From Promethearchaeota archaeon (GTDB lineage: Archaea > Asgardarchaeota > Lokiarchaeia > Sigyniarchaeales > SOKP01): DNA of 64,000 nucleotides. Below the pieces are notes generated by a model that saw only the letters and a program-made list of their open reading frames with translations, was not told the DNA's origin and did no database searches. The position numbers and the translations under genes are program-made. Every line of letters begins with the position of its first letter. Positions within the stretch are counted from its first letter, which is position 1. The stretch covers positions 64,001 through 128,000 of the forward strand of contig JBHLOY010000008.1 of assembly GCA_048939995.1 (NCBI GenBank), read 5' to 3'. Positions 60,148 to 64,000 of the stretch are shown here, piece after piece.

Positions 60148-60489
60148 GTGGAAAAAGTTATTGATATGGTATATCTTTTTGGATTTAGTCCTAGATTTGG
60201 GAATGAATTAAACCGATTAGTACCAATTCTAAAAAGCCAGATAGAAAAAGGAAAGAAAATAAGCATAGTGTTCATTCATGATGGCGTTATTGGTACTAGT
60301 TCAAAAGGAAAAATTACAGAATCAGTGAATATACTTAGAGGGTTAATGCTTAAGAAATATGTTATGACTCCTGACTTAGCCGCAAGAGGAATTCCATTAG
60401 AGCATATTCAAGAAGATTTACAGCCCATAGATTATATGGAGCTTGTTGATATAATGGAGAATAGTAATAAAATTATCTCATGGATGTAA
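60148..60489 (+). CDS. dsrH: DsrH/TusB-family protein
   Basis: FIHDGV, DLAARG, IDYMELVD...ISW. Confidence 0.8.
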   Translation: MEKVIDMVYLFGFSPRFGNELNRLVPILKSQIEKGKKISIVFIHDGVIGTSSKGKITESVNILRGLMLKKYVMTPDLAARGIPLEHIQEDLQPIDYMELVDIMENSNKIISWM

Positions 60490-60616
60490 TTTAAGAAAAA
60501 ATAGATAAAGTAAATTCAAAAATATTTTTTAAAACAAATAAATCATGGTTAACAAATAGTTAACTCACATAATTAACAAAATCAAAACAAACAAATTTAA
60601 AAAAAAGGTGTAAATT

Positions 60617-61033
60617 TTGGTAGAAAAAATGAACTTTATTGTAAAAGACAAATCTTTTGAAAAGTTTATGATGATGACAATCTTGGGAACCACTGGAAGT
60701 GCAATGGATGTGGAAATGAATTTCTTTTTCACTTTCTGGGGATTAAACCTTTTAAAGAAGAAGTTTAAGCCCAAAGTAGCCGGAATGCCAACACCTATGA
60801 AAGGTATGGCAGCTGGAATGTTCAGGAAACGATTAAAGAAATTTGGTATGGAAGATCCATGGGCCTTGATCAAAGAAGCTATTGACGAGGGAAAAATGAA
60901 ACTATATCCATGTCAAATGACAATGGATTTAATGAACATTAAAAGAGAAGAAATGTGGGATTTTGTAGAAGATCCTATCGGTGCAGCTGGTTTCATAGAA
61001 ATGGCTGATGGTGGCCAAGTAGTCTCATTATAA
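60617..61033 (+). CDS. DsrE2-type (DsrE/DsrF/DsrH-like) sulfurtransferase
   Basis: FFFTFWGL, KLYPCQMTMDLM, IGAAGF. Confidence 0.85.
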   Translation: MVEKMNFIVKDKSFEKFMMMTILGTTGSAMDVEMNFFFTFWGLNLLKKKFKPKVAGMPTPMKGMAAGMFRKRLKKFGMEDPWALIKEAIDEGKMKLYPCQMTMDLMNIKREEMWDFVEDPIGAAGFIEMADGGQVVSL

Positions 61034-61073
61034 AAATTTTTTTTTTTATTTTATATTTAAAGAGGATGATAAA

Positions 61074-61634
61074 ATGTCTGATGTGGAAGAAGAACAACAT
61101 CGGGAATTTATGATTGATGAGGATTTTGACTCAGAGTTTTTTAGAAATATTGAACGTAGATCAAATATATTAAAATGTATCCAATGCGGCACTTGTACTG
61201 CCAGTTGTGAAAGCGGAAGATGGACCGCATTAAAAACACGTTCAATTATCAGGAAAGTTGTGCTAGGAGATTTATCGGTATTAAAGGATCCTGATATTTG
61301 GTTATGCACAACATGTTATCAGTGTTATGAACGATGCCCACGAGATGTAAGGCCTACAGATGTAATTATGGAATTACGAAATTATGCTACTAAGTTAGGA
61401 AACATTTCTCCTAATCATAGAGCGGTTGTTGGATACTTGAAACAATTTGGGCATGCAGTACCCATAAATGATGAGATAAGGAAGCGAAGAGTTGAATTAG
61501 GTTTAGAAGAATTACCTCCTACTGCATTCAAGTTTAAGCAAGAGGGGGATGATAAAGATTTAAAAAATATTGAAGAAAAAATGTTTGATTTACCTCCTGT
61601 TAAGGAGGAAAAAAAGAAAAAAGAGGAGGCATAA
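61074..61634 (+). CDS. hdrC: Heterodisulfide reductase subunit C
   Basis: CIQCGTCTASC and WLCTTCYQCYERCPR; GHAVPIN. Confidence 0.93.
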   Translation: MSDVEEEQHREFMIDEDFDSEFFRNIERRSNILKCIQCGTCTASCESGRWTALKTRSIIRKVVLGDLSVLKDPDIWLCTTCYQCYERCPRDVRPTDVIMELRNYATKLGNISPNHRAVVGYLKQFGHAVPINDEIRKRRVELGLEELPPTAFKFKQEGDDKDLKNIEEKMFDLPPVKEEKKKKEEA

Positions 61635-61637
61635 AAA

Positions 61638-62552
61638 GTGGTAAAAGAAAAAACTTTTGCGTTTTTCCTTGGTTGTATCATGCCCAACCGTTATCCTGCG
61701 ATTGAAAAGTCAACCAAATTTGTTATGGAAAAGTTAGGATACGAGATTTTAGACATGGAAAGAGCAACATGTTGTCCTGCACCTGGTGTATTTCGCTCAT
61801 TTAACAAATTTGATTGGATGGTTGCAGCAGCTAGAAATCTTTGTATCGCTGAAAAAATGGATGCTGATATTTTAACAGTATGTAATGGTTGTTTTGGTAC
61901 ACTTCAAGAAGTAAATAAACATCTTAAAGAAAATGAAGATCATAGAGATAAGGTAAATGAGAAGTTGAAAGAAATTGGAGATTATCAGTTTCAAGGAAAA
62001 ATCAACGTCCGACATGTAGCAGAAGTTCTGGGATATGAGGTTGGACCTTGGGGGATTGAAGATTATATTGTAAGGAAACTGAATGCTAAGGCGGCTGTTC
62101 ATTATGGATGCCACTTTTTGAAACCAACAAGGATTCGAGAAATTGAAAGTTCTGAAGGACCAACAATTATCGAAGAATTCGTGGAAGTCTTAGGAATACA
62201 ATCAGTTAGATTTAAAGAACAACTAACGTGCTGTGGCGCAGGAGGAGGTGTAAAAGCATATTCAGGTGATGCAAGTATGACAATTTTTGCGGAAAAAATG
62301 AAGAATATTGATGAAGTGAAGCCAGATTTTATATTAGATATATGTCCCTTCTGTCATTTACAGTTCGAATCGGGACAGGATTACTTAAACAAAAACAAGG
62401 CATGTAATTATGATTACCCTGTAATCCACCTTTCTCAATTAGTTGCATATTGTATGGGCATGGATCAAGAATTTGTGGGTTTACAATACCAATTAATGGG
62501 TCGGGATTATATTTTTGGGGAAGTTGAAGCGAAAAGAGAGGAGGTAGCGTAA
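61638..62552 (+). CDS. hdrB: Heterodisulfide reductase subunit B
   Basis: FLGCIMPNRYP, CCPAPG, CNGC, HYGCH, CCGAGGG, CPFCHLQF. Confidence 0.95.
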   Translation: MVKEKTFAFFLGCIMPNRYPAIEKSTKFVMEKLGYEILDMERATCCPAPGVFRSFNKFDWMVAAARNLCIAEKMDADILTVCNGCFGTLQEVNKHLKENEDHRDKVNEKLKEIGDYQFQGKINVRHVAEVLGYEVGPWGIEDYIVRKLNAKAAVHYGCHFLKPTRIREIESSEGPTIIEEFVEVLGIQSVRFKEQLTCCGAGGGVKAYSGDASMTIFAEKMKNIDEVKPDFILDICPFCHLQFESGQDYLNKNKACNYDYPVIHLSQLVAYCMGMDQEFVGLQYQLMGRDYIFGEVEAKREEVA

Positions 62553-64000
62553 ATGACTGTCAAAGAAGAAAAAGTAAAAGAGACAAATGACACTCAAGAG
62601 TCATTAGAGCATGAGGAGAGTGAACCTAGAATTGGAGTGTTTGTTTGTCACTGTGGGCATAATATAGCTGGTACTGTTGATGTTGCTGAAGTTGCAGAAT
62701 ATGCAAAAAGTTTACCGAATGTAGTGAAAGCAGAACATTATATGTTTATGTGTAGTAAACCAGGCGTCCAAATGGTTAAGGATTCAATTAAAGAATTAGG
62801 AGTAGATAGAACTGTGGTTGCCTCATGTTCAAAAAATCAACACGGAAGAACCTTTGCTAATGCCATCCAAGAGATGGGTTTAAACAAGCATCGTCATCAA
62901 CAAGTAAATATTAGAGAATTTGATAGTTGGGTGCATCAAAAAGAAAAGGATAAAGCAACTAAAAAAGCAGAAAGATTAATTGAAGCAGGGGTCAATAGAG
63001 CACGTAAATTAGAAGATGTAGAAACTCGGAGAATTCCTACAACCAAAGCTGCATTAGTTATTGGTGCAGGTATTGCCGGTCTTCGAGCAGCCCACGATCT
63101 AGCAGAATTAGGGATTCCAGTTTATCTGGTTGAGCGAGAATCAACTATAGGAGGACATATGACCCAATTAAACAAGACCTTTCCAACCTTAGAATGTCCC
63201 CAGTGTTCCATATCTCCACTTACTAATGGAGTTGCGAATCATCCATTAATCGAACTTTATACAAATGCTCAAATTAAAGAAGTAGAAGGTTCAATGGGTA
63301 ATTTTGAAGTGGAAATTGAAATCAAACCACGATATGTTAAAGATAATTGTACTTCGTGCGGGGAATGTGCAATTCATTGCCCTGTAGAAGTTCCCAGTGA
63401 ATGGGATAAAGGCATGTCTATAAGAAAGGCTATTTATAAAGCATATCCTCAAGCTATCCCAGCCACATATGTGAGAGACAAGAAAAATTGTATCGAGTGT
63501 AATACATGTATTAATGTTTGTCCAGTTCAAGCTGTTGATTTTTCAATGGAACCAGAAACAAAAAGATTTAAAATAGGCTCTATAGTTGTAGCTACTGGGT
63601 ATGATGAATACGATCCTTCCGAAATTGAAGCTTATCATTATAAACAAGAGGGTTATGAAAATGTTATAACCCAACTGCAGGTAGAACGGATGCTTGCTCC
63701 TGGCTCTTTAACTAACAGTCAAGTACTAAGACCTTCTGACGCTAAAATCCCAAAAAATGTAGTGATGATTCAATGCGTTGGAAGTAGAAATGATCAGGTA
63801 GGGAATATATATTGCACAGGAGTTTGTTGTAAATTTGCGATTAAAAATGCTCGAATTATTAAGGAAATGTATCCTAATTCTAATGTTACCATATGTTATA
63901 TAGATGTAAGAACTCCTGGGTTAAATTTTGAGGAATTATATAAATCCTCCCAGGAAGTGGGAGTACGATTCATAAGGGGAAGACCTTCTGAAATTCTTCG
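62553..64000 (+). CDS. hdrA: Heterodisulfide reductase subunit A; runs off the window edge
   Basis: Manual translation: RIGVFVCHCG.NIAG, NIREFDSWVH, IGAGIAG, KTFPTLECPQC, two ferredoxin motifs, IQCVGSR, YCTGVCC; no stop codon before the edge. Confidence 0.95.
   Translation, partial: MTVKEEKVKETNDTQESLEHEESEPRIGVFVCHCGHNIAGTVDVAEVAEYAKSLPNVVKAEHYMFMCSKPGVQMVKDSIKELGVDRTVVASCSKNQHGRTFANAIQEMGLNKHRHQQVNIREFDSWVHQKEKDKATKKAERLIEAGVNRARKLEDVETRRIPTTKAALVIGAGIAGLRAAHDLAELGIPVYLVERESTIGGHMTQLNKTFPTLECPQCSISPLTNGVANHPLIELYTNAQIKEVEGSMGNFEVEIEIKPRYVKDNCTSCGECAIHCPVEVPSEWDKGMSIRKAIYKAYPQAIPATYVRDKKNCIECNTCINVCPVQAVDFSMEPETKRFKIGSIVVATGYDEYDPSEIEAYHYKQEGYENVITQLQVERMLAPGSLTNSQVLRPSDAKIPKNVVMIQCVGSRNDQVGNIYCTGVCCKFAIKNARIIKEMYPNSNVTICYIDVRTPGLNFEELYKSSQEVGVRFIRGRPSEIL

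Noticed and set aside
63170-63220. Selenocysteine codon in hdrA
   Set aside because: The relevant codons are TGT; no in-frame TGA in the visible part.
1600-63530. Short overlapping track ORFs (e.g. 1600, 5218, 6622, 7166, 8256, 9761, 13189, 14059, 34474, 44925, 52819, 59029, 60565, 61046, 61415, 63291)
   Set aside because: They lie antisense or out of frame within well-supported genes and show no family motifs.
1-64000. Mobile elements, prophage, defence systems, rRNA
   Set aside because: No transposase, integrase, cas, restriction or rRNA signatures were recognised.

Overview
AT-rich archaeal chromosomal segment whose gene content points to an Asgard archaeon, most likely Lokiarchaeia (inference): archaeal histone, Sm protein, longin and roadblock proteins, roadblock-fused Rab-like GTPases, a RING-H2 protein and a mu-adaptin-like protein. 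About 65 CDSs and one tRNA. No CRISPR array, transposase or rRNA was seen. The top finding is a 31-nt insertion (707-737) in a family III (CaiB/BaiF) CoA-transferase gene. It folds into a bulge-helix-bulge (BHB) motif, and cutting at the canonical archaeal splicing-endonuclease positions restores both the reading frame and the conserved EVIKVE-PP motif. This makes it a candidate spliced mRNA intron in an Asgard protein-coding gene. The same window has a tRNA-Arg(CCT) with a BHB intron at non-canonical position 58/59. Other highlights: a coat-like cluster (mu-homology protein, FG-GAP/BBS-like propeller, longin); tandem roadblock-GTPase-pseudoGTPase paralogs next to a RING-TPR gene; a tusA-dsrEFH-dsrE2-hdrCBA operon with a divergent Lrp gene; probable ATA/ATT start codons; and an HgcC-like gene paired with arsM. 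All family calls come from motif recognition by eye, not from database searches.
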